Shown piece after piece: positions 38,380 to 51,000 of a stretch of DNA of 64,000 nt. The position numbers and the translations under genes were made by a program. The DNA is from Mayamaea pseudoterrestris (Eukaryota), in contig BROI01000032.1 of NCBI GenBank assembly GCA_027923505.1, forward strand, positions 1 through 64,000, written 5' to 3'. Under the pieces are notes generated by a model. That model did no database searches and was not told where the DNA came from. It worked only from the letters and a program-made list of their open reading frames with translations. Position 1 is the first letter of the stretch; each line of letters opens with the position of its first letter.

Positions 38380-40383
38380 TTAGAATGTGTAGTAAAAGTT
38401 TTGGCTATTGGTCGGACGTTGATAGCTAACGTTGTTGTCGGCGAATGGAGATTGACGGTTTGGGGTAGCTAAACGTTGCTGACGTGGCCAATTGAGTTGC
38501 TGATGTGACGGAGTTTGAAAACGTGAACGAGCGTGGAACTGCTGAGCGTGTTGATCGCGACGATGGACACGTTGTTGATTTGTCACTTGTCGATTTCGTT
38601 GAGCTTGTAAGTGCAGCTGTCGTTGTTGTTGATTAAGAAGATGATTTAAACGAGTTACTTGAGCTTGAAGACTGTTTATATCGCGTGTATGATGAGTTGT
38701 AGTGTTGCGCGTGTCGTTGATGCGAGGCTGGACTCGAAGGGTTGGATTGGAGGTTCGGTTTTGCTGTCGGGTTGGCGTGACGATTCGATTCGCTTGTTGC
38801 TGTCTTAAACGCTGCTGGTAAGGACGATTGCTGTTCGTTTCGTTGCGTCGTTGATTGCGTCTTTGACTAACAGTGATTCGATTGCGTTGAAGATTGATCG
38901 AAGCTTGTTGCGTTGTTGATGCGCGCTCTTGACTTGCTTGTCGCTGTCCGTTTCGTTGTTGAAAGAGTGCTTGACGACGGTCTTCGACGCTTTGAACTGC
39001 TGCGATGCGAGGTGCTTCTTGGTAAGTGCTTGAAACGTTCTGTGAGCGAAGAGTTTGTTGCGATGGTCTCGTGTCTTGGCGATGCGCTTGTCTAACTGGC
39101 GCTTGATTTGCTTCTTGTTGGCGAATTGAATTGATTGATCGGCAAGTATGCGTCGTGCTTGTTGGCGATGTCTCTAATTGCTCGTTGACTGGCGATGAGT
39201 TGCTGCTTGGCGAGGGTACGTGTGTTTGCGTATTGGCGATGCACACAGAACAAGCGCACGTCGTCTCTGTGTTTATATCTGGTACTTCAGAAAGTCTTTG
39301 CAAGTCTTGACGTCTGTTTTCTTCGTCCTTTTGAAGCAGGAAACGAGTCTTCTTGAGGAAGTAAAGAGTTACTGGATGCGATAGGTCTTTTGCTTCGAAT
39401 TCGTCTCGCTCGTTGCGCAAAGTGTCTTCTAGTAGAAGAATCTCCTTCTCTTCGGGCGTGAAAGGATTGTTCGGTCGGCAAAGATCAAGGCTCTTGTAAA
39501 AGTCTGCTCGCTTTTCGTCAAGGAAGATTAATGACTTTGGAGAAAAGATGAAGGCTTTGAGAAAGGGTACGTTGCTGTCGATGTAACTTGTTTCGACGCC
39601 TGATTGTGCGGTTGACTCGGCAACTTTTGCTAATCCTTCTTCTTTGAATTCTTCCGCAATGTGACTGTAAAACACTTCGTTGTTGGCAAGGTCTTTAAAC
39701 TGATTGAAGCGCTGCTCACAAGCTTGTTCCGGGTCGATTGGCTTTGATGAAGGCGGCGGTAGAATGCCTCGAAAGATCCAGGCGAAACGCTTGTCTTCTT
39801 CGTCCCAAGTCCAAGGGGTTGGAGGAGAGACGCGCGGGTCGTAACGATACCAGCCGTATCGAACGTTCGGGTGGTTGTAAACTGCTTTCTCTTCGTCAGT
39901 GGCGGGTCGTCCAGTTAGATGCCAGTCTTCGGGGTTGTTTGGTGAAAGACGACGAAGGCTGTCGCGTGGGTTGTACTCGGTTGGAAGTCGCTCTCGTTCT
40001 TGATTGCTTGCAATTTGATCGGCGGCGGTAAGTCGGATTACTGGGCGGCCTTCTGGAGCGACCAATTGAGGACTTGAAGGGTTGAACTCGTGTAAAGTAA
40101 TGTTGGTGAAGAGGACGACGACTTGTAGAAGGCGTCGTGAAGAATTAAAGACTTGGCGGCTTGTGTTGAAGCGGCGAAGGAAACTGTAAAGAAGGCGCGT
40201 GACTTGTGGAGTGAGAGGCGACTTGAAAAGAGTGCTCGGCAGACTAGGTAAAGTAGTTCTGCTCAACTGATGGAGACTTGAAATCTGCTCGACGACGTTG
40301 GCCTTGATCAAACGCTTGATCCGACTCGAGGTAAACTGAAAGATAAAGGCAAAAGGGTCGCTTGTAGGCTTGCTCTTGCTCAC
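38380..40383 (-). CDS. Extra upstream ORF0, unit 2
   Basis: Same as 27138-29141 except one S-to-L change (G28822 versus A40064). Confidence 0.7.
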   Translation of the reverse strand: MSKSKPTSDPFAFIFQFTSSRIKRLIKANVVEQISSLHQLSRTTLPSLPSTLFKSPLTPQVTRLLYSFLRRFNTSRQVFNSSRRLLQVVVLFTNITLHEFNPSSPQLVAPEGRPVIRLTAADQIASNQERERLPTEYNPRDSLRRLSPNNPEDWHLTGRPATDEEKAVYNHPNVRYGWYRYDPRVSPPTPWTWDEEDKRFAWIFRGILPPPSSKPIDPEQACEQRFNQFKDLANNEVFYSHIAEEFKEEGLAKVAESTAQSGVETSYIDSNVPFLKAFIFSPKSLIFLDEKRADFYKSLDLCRPNNPFTPEEKEILLLEDTLRNERDEFEAKDLSHPVTLYFLKKTRFLLQKDEENRRQDLQRLSEVPDINTETTCACSVCIANTQTHVPSPSSNSSPVNEQLETSPTSTTHTCRSINSIRQQEANQAPVRQAHRQDTRPSQQTLRSQNVSSTYQEAPRIAAVQSVEDRRQALFQQRNGQRQASQERASTTQQASINLQRNRITVSQRRNQRRNETNSNRPYQQRLRQQQANRIVTPTRQQNRTSNPTLRVQPRINDTRNTTTHHTRDINSLQAQVTRLNHLLNQQQRQLHLQAQRNRQVTNQQRVHRRDQHAQQFHARSRFQTPSHQQLNWPRQQRLATPNRQSPFADNNVSYQRPTNSQNFYYTF

Positions 40384-40521
40384 TCAATACTCCGCTTGTT
40401 GCTGCAGAGCTTTGGAAATTCGAGGTTGACAGAAAGGGCTTGAAGAAATCCGCGTCCGGTTTTGTTCAATGCTTTGGAAACTTGGTAAAAAGATCTTGGT
40501 TCAATCGGCAAGTAATTACTT

Positions 40522-41064
40522 TGCTTGAGATCCAAGATGAAGGTCCGTACGGAAGTAGGGAGAAAAGACGGTTTAAACGCTAAAAGACTGGGGAAACTTT
40601 GAATCTATTGTTAGTAGATCCTCTAGAATGAGACGAAAGTGAAGCGGTCGATTTCGCATCCAAGAGTGGCTTCTCATTCATACGTATGTATATTGTCTAC
40701 CGGTCGTGTCATTTTGTACTGGCCATCCCGTAGGCGGGATGGCTCTCGTCCGTCTACAGAATTGGCAGTATAGTCTTCACTGCTGGTAGTGTTTGCACGG
40801 CTTCGCTCTGTAGAGGCCCAACATTCGCTGTGTACGCCGGTTCCGGTATTCGATGTACCTGTGGTAGTCTTTCTACGGTTGTCAGTCGTGAATTCTTCGG
40901 GTACGGTGAAGTGTGTAGGGTTTGGGCCAGTGGCTGACTTTCTACTCTCGCCATCGTAGGAGTGTGGTCGTGAACGGGATGTTCCGTGTCTTGGTGCCGC
41001 TGAGACCGTGTCGATGTCCTTTTCAATGTTGCTTTGTTCGTCGGCCAAAACGGGGATCCCAGCA
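40522..41064 (-). repeat. 5' LTR of copia unit 2
   Basis: 543 bp, followed on the plus strand by TSD CAACT. Confidence 0.97.
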
Positions 41065-42531
41065 CAACTGCGACAAGTCCTCTGCTGAGAGAGAGGCTGT
41101 GATGTCCACCCGCGCGTACTCCTCTAACAACGTAGGGAGCTCTGTTTTCTGGAACTGTATTTCGAAGTGTTTCACCCAACTGTTTGTTTTAACGTTGATG
41201 AGTGCTGGGAGATACCACATATCGTCGATGCGCGACGTGTGGAAACGTGCAATGTCTGGCGAGCGGTCGAAAATGGTCAGTGCATGTGCTCCCAGCTGCT
41301 TCAGTTTTTCTGGCCAGGTTCCTTCCAAGGTATGCAAGAGATGGTCCCATAGCAGGCGACTGCGCAGAACCAAATCAGGATGGTTAAATGTGTCGAAGGA
41401 AGCCCTTGTGTGTAGCGATTTGAAGTCGCTCCAAGTTTCCGTCGCTTGCGACATGAAGACTGTGTCCACTCGGAGTAACGCTGGACTAACGCGGCAGCCT
41501 GTTAACCACATATCCAAGAGTGGATTATCAATCATCCACGTGTATACCTCTTCGTCGAGGCCGGTGAACGCCACGCAATGGCTGCGCAACTCGGCGCCCG
41601 AGCGACAAGTACCTGGGTTGAAACCGACAGCGAGTGGAACGCCGTGATTTTTGGGAAGAAAGAAGCACCGTCCCATGGGGGCTAGCCAAGTACTCTCGGG
41701 TGTCAAGTCGCTATCCGTTGCGTAGGCAAGTAGGGCTGTTTCACCATGAGGATAGAGCAATGGTTCCTGCATGGTCGCCGTCAGCGTGCCCTTGCCTCCA
41801 AGGATGCAGGCTTCCATCGCATCGTCTGGCGGCGCCTCGTCCTGATGAAAGACAAGGACTACTGGCTGCATAACTTCGTCTCCCCTTGGAAAGAGGATAT
41901 GGTCGCTGCTAATCGCCTTGTACCACTCGTCAATCTTGGCGTTTCTTGGGGCCCTCGTCTGACACGAGGCTGCGGCCAAAATCGGGTTTACTGCTTTGGG
42001 TATCGGAAAGCCGCTTGGTTTAAAGCGCTGCGTGTCCGAGTTGTTGCTATCACTGTCGGCTAAGTGTTCGTCAGAACGCAGGAGGAACTTGCTTCCATCC
42101 TTTGTGCCAGCCGGTCGAGCGGAGCAGATGATGACCGTCTGCTCGTGCGTCGCCAATGGGTCTTCAGGTTTGGGCTGGTCCCCAAGATACTTGCTTTGGA
42201 AAACAGAGAGCGTCATGATGCCTCCAATATCCTGCACGTTCAGCTGATGGAGGCGATCGGGTGTACCGAGCCAGAGCTGCTTGTCGCTGGCCATCGGGTC
42301 GCTGGCCAAGATCATCCTCTTGTTCAATGCGAACACTTCCTCCTTGGTGAGGACTTCTTGTCCTTCTGTCCAACCGTCAATCTGAAACGCCATGGCTTCA
42401 GCACGCTCTTCCTGCTTTGTCATCTCCTCGCCCAACCAAGTAGTCGAGGCTGAGGTTTGGATCGGCAAACGGAAAGCTGGCGAAGCGCCTCCAAACTCTT
42501 TGAGAGCACCTGGAAAACGGACGAGCGTCAT
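41065..42531 (-). CDS. 5' part (489 aa) of the gag-like ORF1 of the YR element
   Basis: ATG (MTLVRFPG) at 42531, 60 nt after repeat A1; open to the TSD. Reconstructed ORF1 is 1159 aa. Confidence 0.85.
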
Positions 42532-42591
42532 GATCGAATGGAAGTGAGAGAATAAGTGGCAGAAAACGCGGTTCGAGCAACAAAGGCAAGA

Positions 42592-42812
42592 ACAAACAAA
42601 CAAACAAGCTGGCTAGACAACAGGGTTGGCAAGCAAGCAAGCAAGAGGAATGAGAGGCATCGGATGGGGATCGGCAACTCGGTCTGTGGTTGTCGGTCCT
42701 CCATTGATGCCGCATCTGACGTGTCCCGAACCATCGATGATGTGTATCACTCAGAGTGTACTCATAAGGTATCTTATGAGTGTCCCCAAGGCAGTCTCCG
42801 CCCTGAGCCGGA
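42592..42812. repeat. Split direct repeat A1 (5' terminus of the YR element)
   Basis: Near-identical to 11747-11978. Confidence 0.93.
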
Positions 42813-43087
42813 TTATTGTGTCGATTGGAGGAACCATTGGAAGCCAAATCTAATCCAAAAGCAACTTGGCGGGATCGTCAAGCTATGCCCCCAGGCTATT
42901 GCGATGCCAGAGGCATTCTTTCAAATGGCATTGGAACAACCGGCCGTTCAGGAGGATCCTTTCCAAAACTAAACTACTCCGCATAGCACATGCATAGTTC
43001 TCCGTCATTGGCTAACCTACGAGTCTACATGATCCTCCTACAAATGCGTCCAAATGTTACTAGCACGTGGTTGCTGCATTGAAGTCT

Positions 43088-46000
43088 TTACTGCTCTAAC
43101 TGTGAGTTATCCGAAAATGGCAATGGATCGCAAGGGCCTTCCATTACTTCTCCGTCAAGAACTGGTCCCATGCCAAGCTTTGTTGATGCTTCCTCGTCCT
43201 TCCCATTCACCGCAGCAACTTCACTAACTAGTTCTTCGTCGCAAAATCCATCAGATACATCATTAGCCGCATTGTCAGTATTCCACCGCCGTCGAGCGGC
43301 GAACCAGCGACGAGCACCGTTGACGATGAAGTATTCCCAGGCAGATACTGCAATCGCGTTGGCAATCATAATGCCCAGCAAACCTCGACGAAAGTCCGCG
43401 GGCATAAATGTCGTATTAAACGAGTTTTGAATTGGAACAGGCTCTGTTGATGTGACTGCAGCAACTGCCCAATCATTCATGCAATTGACGCGCCAAATGC
43501 AGCTGAAATGTCCCGGCACGAGCGTGATATAGAATTGCATGACAGTAAAAGCCGTCACAAAAGCCATAAACACATAGTTGCGAAACCAATGTTGGCGCCA
43601 TTCGTAGCCAAAGTTAAAAGCAAAAGCGGAGCTAATGTACTGGTACCCAGTGACCAGAAAGATAACTTCAGACTCGTAGTTGTCCCCGATAACCTGAACG
43701 TTCGACACATCCTGCCCATCCCACTTGCGGCACTGCGTTCGGGGAAGGAATGAAAGTATGTGTGAGAAATATCTCGTGCGAAAGAAAGTCTGAATGACGA
43801 TGTACGTACTTGAAACCAATCCTGAGAAAACAGGTATGCGAGCGCACCGACGAGAAAGAGAAAGTTCAAACCTAGCACTCCCAGCACACTAGTCATGGTG
43901 GCAGATCCAAACAACGACGCCGTTGGCCGTGTTTTTGATAGCTTCGACGCGCATCGAGCTAATGGGAGGGAGAACGCCATGGTAATGACCCACACCCCAT
44001 CCTGGAAGCATGAGAAAGAAAATCTTAGTTGTAAAGGGTTAGGTGATTGAGCATGGTGCGTTCAACGAATGACCTTACATAGAAAACCCAGCAATATTCA
44101 GTGAAGGTGATAAGCAGACTTGCATTGATCAGCTGGTTGATAGTTTCAATGTTCCCGTATATCATCATGTATCTATAAGCCGCCAAGCTGTTCGTCAAGC
44201 TGCAGCGGCCTTCAAGAAGGACGTCGACCACTGATGTGATGGCCTTGTCGAGCGATGTGAACGGAGCTACCGTGCTGGCTTCCGCGTCGCTTAAGGCAAC
44301 CCCAACATGTGCGGTCTTTAGCGCTCCACAATCGTTACCTGTAAAGTACTTTGTGAATACAAATAGATGCTACAACATCGCGGCAAAGGCAACCAAAGAA
44401 GTCGCAACTTACCGCCATCGCCGCACATGAGCGTAACGCGACCCAGCTCGTTGTACGCGCTCACGACGGACACTTTGTCGTAGGGGGTGCAGCGTCCATA
44501 CACTCGTATGACATCCATTAAGCGAGCTGCCTCCTTCGGATCTGCTGTCCTGAGTACGTCAAATGCCTGCCCAGAGATAGCAAGCTCCGTCCCGGAACGT
44601 AGGAGTTCTTCAATTGAGGGACGGGTGCATTGCTCTCCTAGCGAGTTCGACCAATATAATGATCCGGACTCGTCGCAGCTCCCGATAATAATGTCACAAT
44701 CGGACCCCACAATCCCAGCTTCTCTGCCAATGCAAATGCCTGTCAAGACACTGTCGCCTGTGAGCATAACTGTCTTCACCCTACCGCTGTGCAAGTGACT
44801 AATCACGCCGGCTGTTTCAGGGCGTATAATGTTTTTGAAATCGACAGTCCCAATGAAGGAAAGGGAATTTTCAATCTCGTCTCGAGTAACAGTAAGCGCG
44901 TCAATGGTTGCAGGTAGTTTCTTCATCGCCACGGAAATTTGGTAGAGGCCAGCCATGGCAGCGTGTTGTAGAGCTTCGTCAAAATCGATTGGAAGGTCGT
45001 CCTGCATACACAGCTTTTTGATACTTTCTCCGCTACCCTTTACAAACGCAATGAGTGAATTATCCGAATCCTTTCGCACAAGAACAGATTGTGTCATGCG
45101 ATGATGGTCGAAATCAAAATGGCGGACAATTTTAGCTGACTGTCCATTGCGATCAGTCACTTTCTCAACTTGTCCGCTACTTGAGTTAACAACTGAACCA
45201 CTCTTTTCAAACATTTCTTGATCGACGGGGTTGCCCGCAAGTTTCCCGTCTTTTGTCATGCTCAACGTATGGCAGCTTCCCATCGCCAAGAAAAATTCAG
45301 ACTCGACCCCGCTCCGAGCACTTGCAGCAACAAATTCCAACCCTTGTTTGGTCAAAGTGCCCGTCTTGTCAAAACAGGCAGTGTCGCACTTGCCGCAAAC
45401 AAGAATAGCTTCAGCATTGGTGCAGCTAATGCGCTTGCCAGCCAGTCTGTCGCTTGAGATGCCAACCGATACGGTAAACACTGTGGGAAGCAAGGGCGGC
45501 AACGCGGACGCGACGACAAACATGCCGTAGAACCAGCTGTAGATGATCGTGTCCTTGATGAAGAAAACAACCATAGCAAAGCCGAAAATGGCATAGAAAC
45601 ATAAAATTGAAATGACAATTGGCACTTCGACGTCAAACTTGAATTGGTGCCGCTTGTAGGAGTAAATGTCGCGAATGAGCTCACCGCGAGCCGTGTAAGA
45701 AGCAGTTTGGGTGACGACAGCAACAGTTTTCTCTGTCTCGAGCACATTGGTGCCCGCCAAAATAGTGTGGCGCTTAAATCGGTTGGCATTGTAAACATTT
45801 TTACCATCTGCTTGATCGACAGGAGTCTTGAGCATTGGCGTTGCTTCGCCAGTCAGAGCACTCTCGTCCATTAGTATCGTTGAAGAGGCCACGACAACCA
45901 TATCGCAATACGTCAATCCTGGAGAGACTTCAACTACATCACCTGGTACGAGTTCTCTCGGTGACACCTGGATGACCTGGCCATCGCGGCGGATGCAGAC

Positions 46001-47452
46001 TTCGCCGGTAATGTTGGTTATTTCGTACAGTTTGCGTTCGTTGCGATATTGAAAGTAGCAAACTGTAAGTCCCCCCGTTGTGATGACAACTGTCCAAGTG
46101 AACGCCATGTAATAGTAGTACAATGGGACCCAAGTCCAAACCATGAACAGCTGATAAGTGTAAAAGGGCTTCAAAAATTCCTTGGTGATGATTTTGATGA
46201 GGTTTGGTTTGTCCATCTCGATCGCATTCGGGCCGACAATTTGACGCCGCGCGTCGGCTTCTACATTCGTCAAACCGCCTGGGACTGTACCAGCTGTCAC
46301 AATCTCGGAAATAGTCGCTCCAATCGAGTATACTCCTGGTTTAAAGCGACCATCATCCGCGTCAAAGTTGTAGTGCCGAAACCCAAAGACAAAGTAGCGC
46401 GAGCCCTCCAAGTTCGTCTGGATTACGCAAAAACGATAGGTGCCATTCTTTCCCTTCTTTTGACCAAAGTCGTCGACGTCAGAAAAGATCATCGACATGA
46501 TGCGCCCCATGGTGAGACGGACGTTAGCAAAGAGTAATCGCAGAAACGACATGTAACCAGAGTTGAAAGTTTCCTCCGACTCGGTGGCCGCCTTGTGAAT
46601 GCAAACGGCCACATGCGTTGCTCGATGCAGCTCACATCGTCGAAGGAACAAGCTCTTGATTGAGTAAGGCCATTTGAGAGCAAACGAAAAGACAAAGGAA
46701 ACCATCCACAGAATTTCAAAGACTTTAAGCAGGTTTTCTTCGTCCTCAAACTTTCCGCCAACGACTTCAGTCAGCAGCTCCTGCTGAATGTAGTACTGCA
46801 CCGAGAGCCATCCGAGCAATGCGTGCATGCCCAAGAGAGTCAAGCAGGTCCACCCATACAACAGGGATCCGATTGGATGACGCCGATATCCAGTTTGCCA
46901 GCTCGTCGCTTCCTCCTTGTCGACTTGCACATTGAGCGGCTGCACCGATCCCGATACAGGAGCAATTCTTTGATTGTAGGCGCACCACGCAACGATACAA
47001 AGCGTCAAAAGGCTGATCCAAACGTAGAGAATGACAAAGACTGGTTCGCGCATGCTCCACTTGTGCAGCAGCTCCTCCTCCGTCTCGCCGCATGTGGTTT
47101 CGTTATTGTACCAAGGCCCGTACGTACTGAGGCATGAATCATAGTAAGCATCCACCTTGTGGCACGCCACGGGCGCACAATCGTACTGGCAAGGACTCTC
47201 GAGCGAAGCATCGCAAGTGCCAACGCTGCTGCAGCTTCCATCCTTGCAGAGCGTTTGATTCGCAGGGCAAAGCATTTCGTCTGGGCAATCTTGAGCCTTG
47301 GCGACGCAAACTTGCTTGCAGGTGGTGAACGCTGGACAGTTAAAGGTTGGATCGACGGCATCTCCAAAGTCCGCGTTGACAACAACTGAGCGAGACGCTG
47401 TCAGTAGAATCAGCATCCAACCGATCGACGGCTTGAGCGGCGAAAGCATCAT
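43088..47452 (-). CDS. P5-type (P5B-like) P-type ATPase, 4 exons: 47452-44413, 44338-44079, 44001-43810, 43732-43088
   Basis: Motifs DESALTGEATP, ALPPLLP, CFDKTGTLT, FVKGSGE, MLTGDS; MCGDGG|NDCGAL is restored by splicing. Three GT-AG introns (74, 77, 77 bp) keep the frame. Confidence 0.92.
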
Positions 47453-48093
47453 GTCGGACGAGTCTCTTGTCTCTTGCGTCTCTTGCTCTCTGACTTTGAT
47501 AAATCTGTCTCTTGCTCTTTAATCGCAAATCAACCAACGACTCAGGTTGTAGCTGCGTTATAGCAGCGTGAAGATGTCGTGAAGGATTGGAGCGACAAGA
47601 TGCGACCGTTTTGCCCTGTCAACAAGCTTCACTTCGCAGAATGACCTGAATCAATCTACGCCCGACGAATGTATCCGAGCTTCAACGGAAGTTTGTTGTC
47701 TGCATGGCGAAAGTCGTTCAACGAATGGCGGCATGCAAAAAATGCTTTCGCGGTCGTGCCAAATCGGATTGGCCATAATTAAAATGTGAATGCCAGCTGC
47801 AGCCGGATTAAGCCTCATGACTCGATTCGCACATTCGCTGTCATACTTGCCGGTACTGTCACAAAAAGCAATGCATTGCTGCTTCACTGTACCACTTTAG
47901 CTCTATGCGAGTACGCTAACTCAAGCCATATCTCAAATCTACAATATGTAAAGCTAGATCTAAATTGTCAGTGACTCTTCTTTGTGCCTAGCATTGCTAG
48001 GTAGAATGCAAGAGAACATTGGAACAAATTTCGGGGACAAAATCTTGTCGATTCTGTGAATATTGCAACCTATAATTGGAAACTTCAGGTTAA

Positions 48094-51000
48094 TTTAAAA
48101 GTATCACTTGCTACTTGAGGTGCACCACTAGCAGATCCAACAAGTTGTTGGATCTGCTCAGTCCTGTGGCATACATGGTGATGGATACTGAGGTGCAACT
48201 GACCAACTTATGGCCCATCATGACAACAAACATGATATGAAAGATATAGGAGGGCTCACCAGGCAAGGCTGGTGATCCCTGCAGCCAAAATGGGAGCAGG
48301 GCTGGCACATTCAACCAGTTGTTGAATGTGCGGAGTTTCAGGGCATAGTGATGGCTTCCTCACCTAAATGGACAAGTCTATGAGTCCCATGCACTGTTCC
48401 AGTCCATGTTTGTTGTATTGTGGGGTCTGCAGGCCATTTTGGAGGTCTCACTTGCCACTTGAGGTGCATTGCTAGCAGATCCAACAAGTTGTTGAATCTG
48501 CTCAGTCTCACCTAGGCGTACATGGTGATGGATACTATGGTGCAACTGACCCACTTATGGCCCATCATGACAACAAACATGATATGAAAGATATGGGAGG
48601 GCTCACCAGGCAAGGCTGGTGATCCAAAAAGGGAGCTGTGCTGGCACATTCAACCAGTTGTTGAATGTGCGGAGTTTCAGGGGCGTAGTGATGGCTTCCA
48701 TACCCCTAAGAACAAGTCTATGCGTCCCATTCACTGTTCTAGTACATGTTTGTTGTATTGTGGGTCTGCAGGCCATTTTGAAAGTCTCACTTGCCACTTG
48801 AGGTGCTATCTGCTCAGTCTCACCTTGGCGTACATGGTGATGGATACTATGGTGCAACTGACCCACTTATGGCCCATCATGACAACAAACATGATATGAA
48901 AGATATAGGAGGGCTCACCAGGCAAGGCTGGTGATCCCTGCAGCCAAAATGGGAGCAGGGCTGGCACATTCAACCAGTTGTTGAATGTGCAGAGTTTCAG
49001 GGCATAGTGATGGCTTCCTCACCTAAATGGACAAGTCTATGAGTCCCATGCACTGTTCCAGTCCATGTTTGTTGTATTGTGGGGTCTGCAGGCCATTTTG
49101 GAGGTCTCACTTGCCACTTGAGGTGCATTGCTAGCAGATCCAACAAAGTTGTTGAATCTGCTCAGTCTCACCATGGTGTACATGGTGATGGATACTATGG
49201 TGCAACTGACCCACTTATGGCCCATCATGACAACAAACATGATATGAAAGATATTGGGAGGGCTCAGCAGGCAATGCTGATGATCTCTGCAGCCAAAAAG
49301 GGAGCTGTGCTGGCACATTCAACCAGTTGTTGAATGTGCCGAGTCTCAGGGCATAGTGATGGCTTCCACACCCAAATGGACAAGTCTTTGAGTCCCATTC
49401 ACTGTTCAAGTCCATGTTTGTTGTATTGTGGGGTCTGCAGGCCATTTTGGAAGTCTCACTTGCCACTTGAGGTGCATTGCTAGCAGATCCAACAAAGTTG
49501 TTGAATCTGCTCAGTCTCACCATGGTGTACATGGTGATGGATACTATGGTGCAACTGACCCACTTATGGCCCATCATGACAACAAACATGATATGAAAGA
49601 TATGGGAGGGCTCAGCAGGCAATGCTGATGATCTCTGCAGCCAAAAAGAGCAGGGCTGGCACATTCAACCAGTTGTTGAATGTGCGGGGTTTCAGGGCAT
49701 AGTGATGGCTTCCACACCCAAATGGACAAGTCTTTGAGTCCCATTCACTGTTAAAGTCCATGTTTGTTGTATTATGGGGTCTGCAGGCCATTTTGGAAGT
49801 CTCACTTGCCACTTGAGGTGCACCGCTGGCAGATCCAACAAGTTGTTGGATCTGCTCAGTCTCACCATTGCACAGGTGGCAATGGATACTGAGGTGCAAC
49901 TGACCCACTTATGGCCCATCATGACAACAAACATGATATGAAAGATATGGGAGGGCTGTCCAAGGCCCAAGGAGGGCTGTGCTGGCACATTCAACCAGTT
50001 AATGAATGTGCGGAGTTTCAGGGCATAGTGATGGTTCTACACCCCAAAGAACAAGTCCATGAGTCCCATTCACTGTTCCAGTCCATGTTTGTTGTATTAT
50101 GGGGTCTGCAGGCCATTTTTAAAGTCTCACTTGCCACTTGAGGTGCATTGCTGGCAGATACAACAAGTTGTTGAATCTGCTCAGTCTCACCATGGCGTAC
50201 ATGGTGATGGATACTATGGTGCAACTGACCCACTTGTGGCCCATCATGACAAAAAACAGGTTATGAAAGATATTGGGAGGGCTTAGCAGGCAATGCTGAT
50301 GATTCCTGCAGCCAAAAAGGGAGCAGGGCTGGCACACATTCAACCAGTTGTTAAATGTGCCGAGTTTCAGGGCATAGTGATGGCTTCCACACCCCAAAGA
50401 ACAAGTCTATGAGTCCCATTCACTGTTCAAGTCCATGTTTGTTGTATTATGGGGTCTGCAGGCCATTTTGGAAGTCTCACTTGCCACTTGAGGTGCACCG
50501 CTGGCAGATCCAACAAGTTGTTGAATCTGCTCAGTCTCACCATGGCGTACATGGTGATGGATACTATTGTGAAACTCACCCACCTATGGCCCATCATGAC
50601 AACAAACATGATATGAAAGATATTGGAGGGCTCACCAGGCAATGCTGGTGATCCCTGCAGCCAAAAAGGGAGCAGGGCTGGCACATTCAACCAGTTGTTG
50701 AATGTGCGGAGTCTCAGGGCATAGTGATGGCTTCCACACCCCAAAGAACAAGTCTATGAGTCCCATTCACTATTCAAGTCCATGTTTGTTGTATTATGGG
50801 GTCTGCAGCCCATTTTGGAAGTCTCACTTGCCATTTGAGGTGCACCACTGGCAGATCCAACAAGTTGTTGAATCTGCTCAGTCTCACCATGGCGTACATG
50901 GTGATGGATACTATGGTGAAACTGACCCACTTATGGCCCATCATGACAACAAACATGATATGAAAGATATTGGGAGGGCTCAGCAGGCAATGCTGATGAT

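Larger units (their letters stand above)
29823..41064 (-). mobile_element. Ty1/copia LTR retrotransposon, unit 2 (11242 bp), head-to-tail with unit 1
   Basis: All ORFs recur at offset +11242; LTRs at 29823-30365 and 40522-41064. Confidence 0.95.
11535..42820 (-). mobile_element. Tyrosine-recombinase retrotransposon (DIRS order, Ngaro/PAT-like split direct repeats), about 8.8 kb once the nested copia dimer is removed
   Basis: Order on minus strand is A1, gag-like ORF, RT/RNase H, YR, B1, A2, B2. TGTG occurs at both ends (11535-11538, 42817-42820) and at the internal B1/A2 junction (11990-11993). Confidence 0.93.

Noticed and set aside
49240..49300. Hammerhead ribozyme in the satellite (GAAA ... 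CTGATGA)
   Set aside because: Stems I-III do not pair around the core, and most copies have CTGGTGA.
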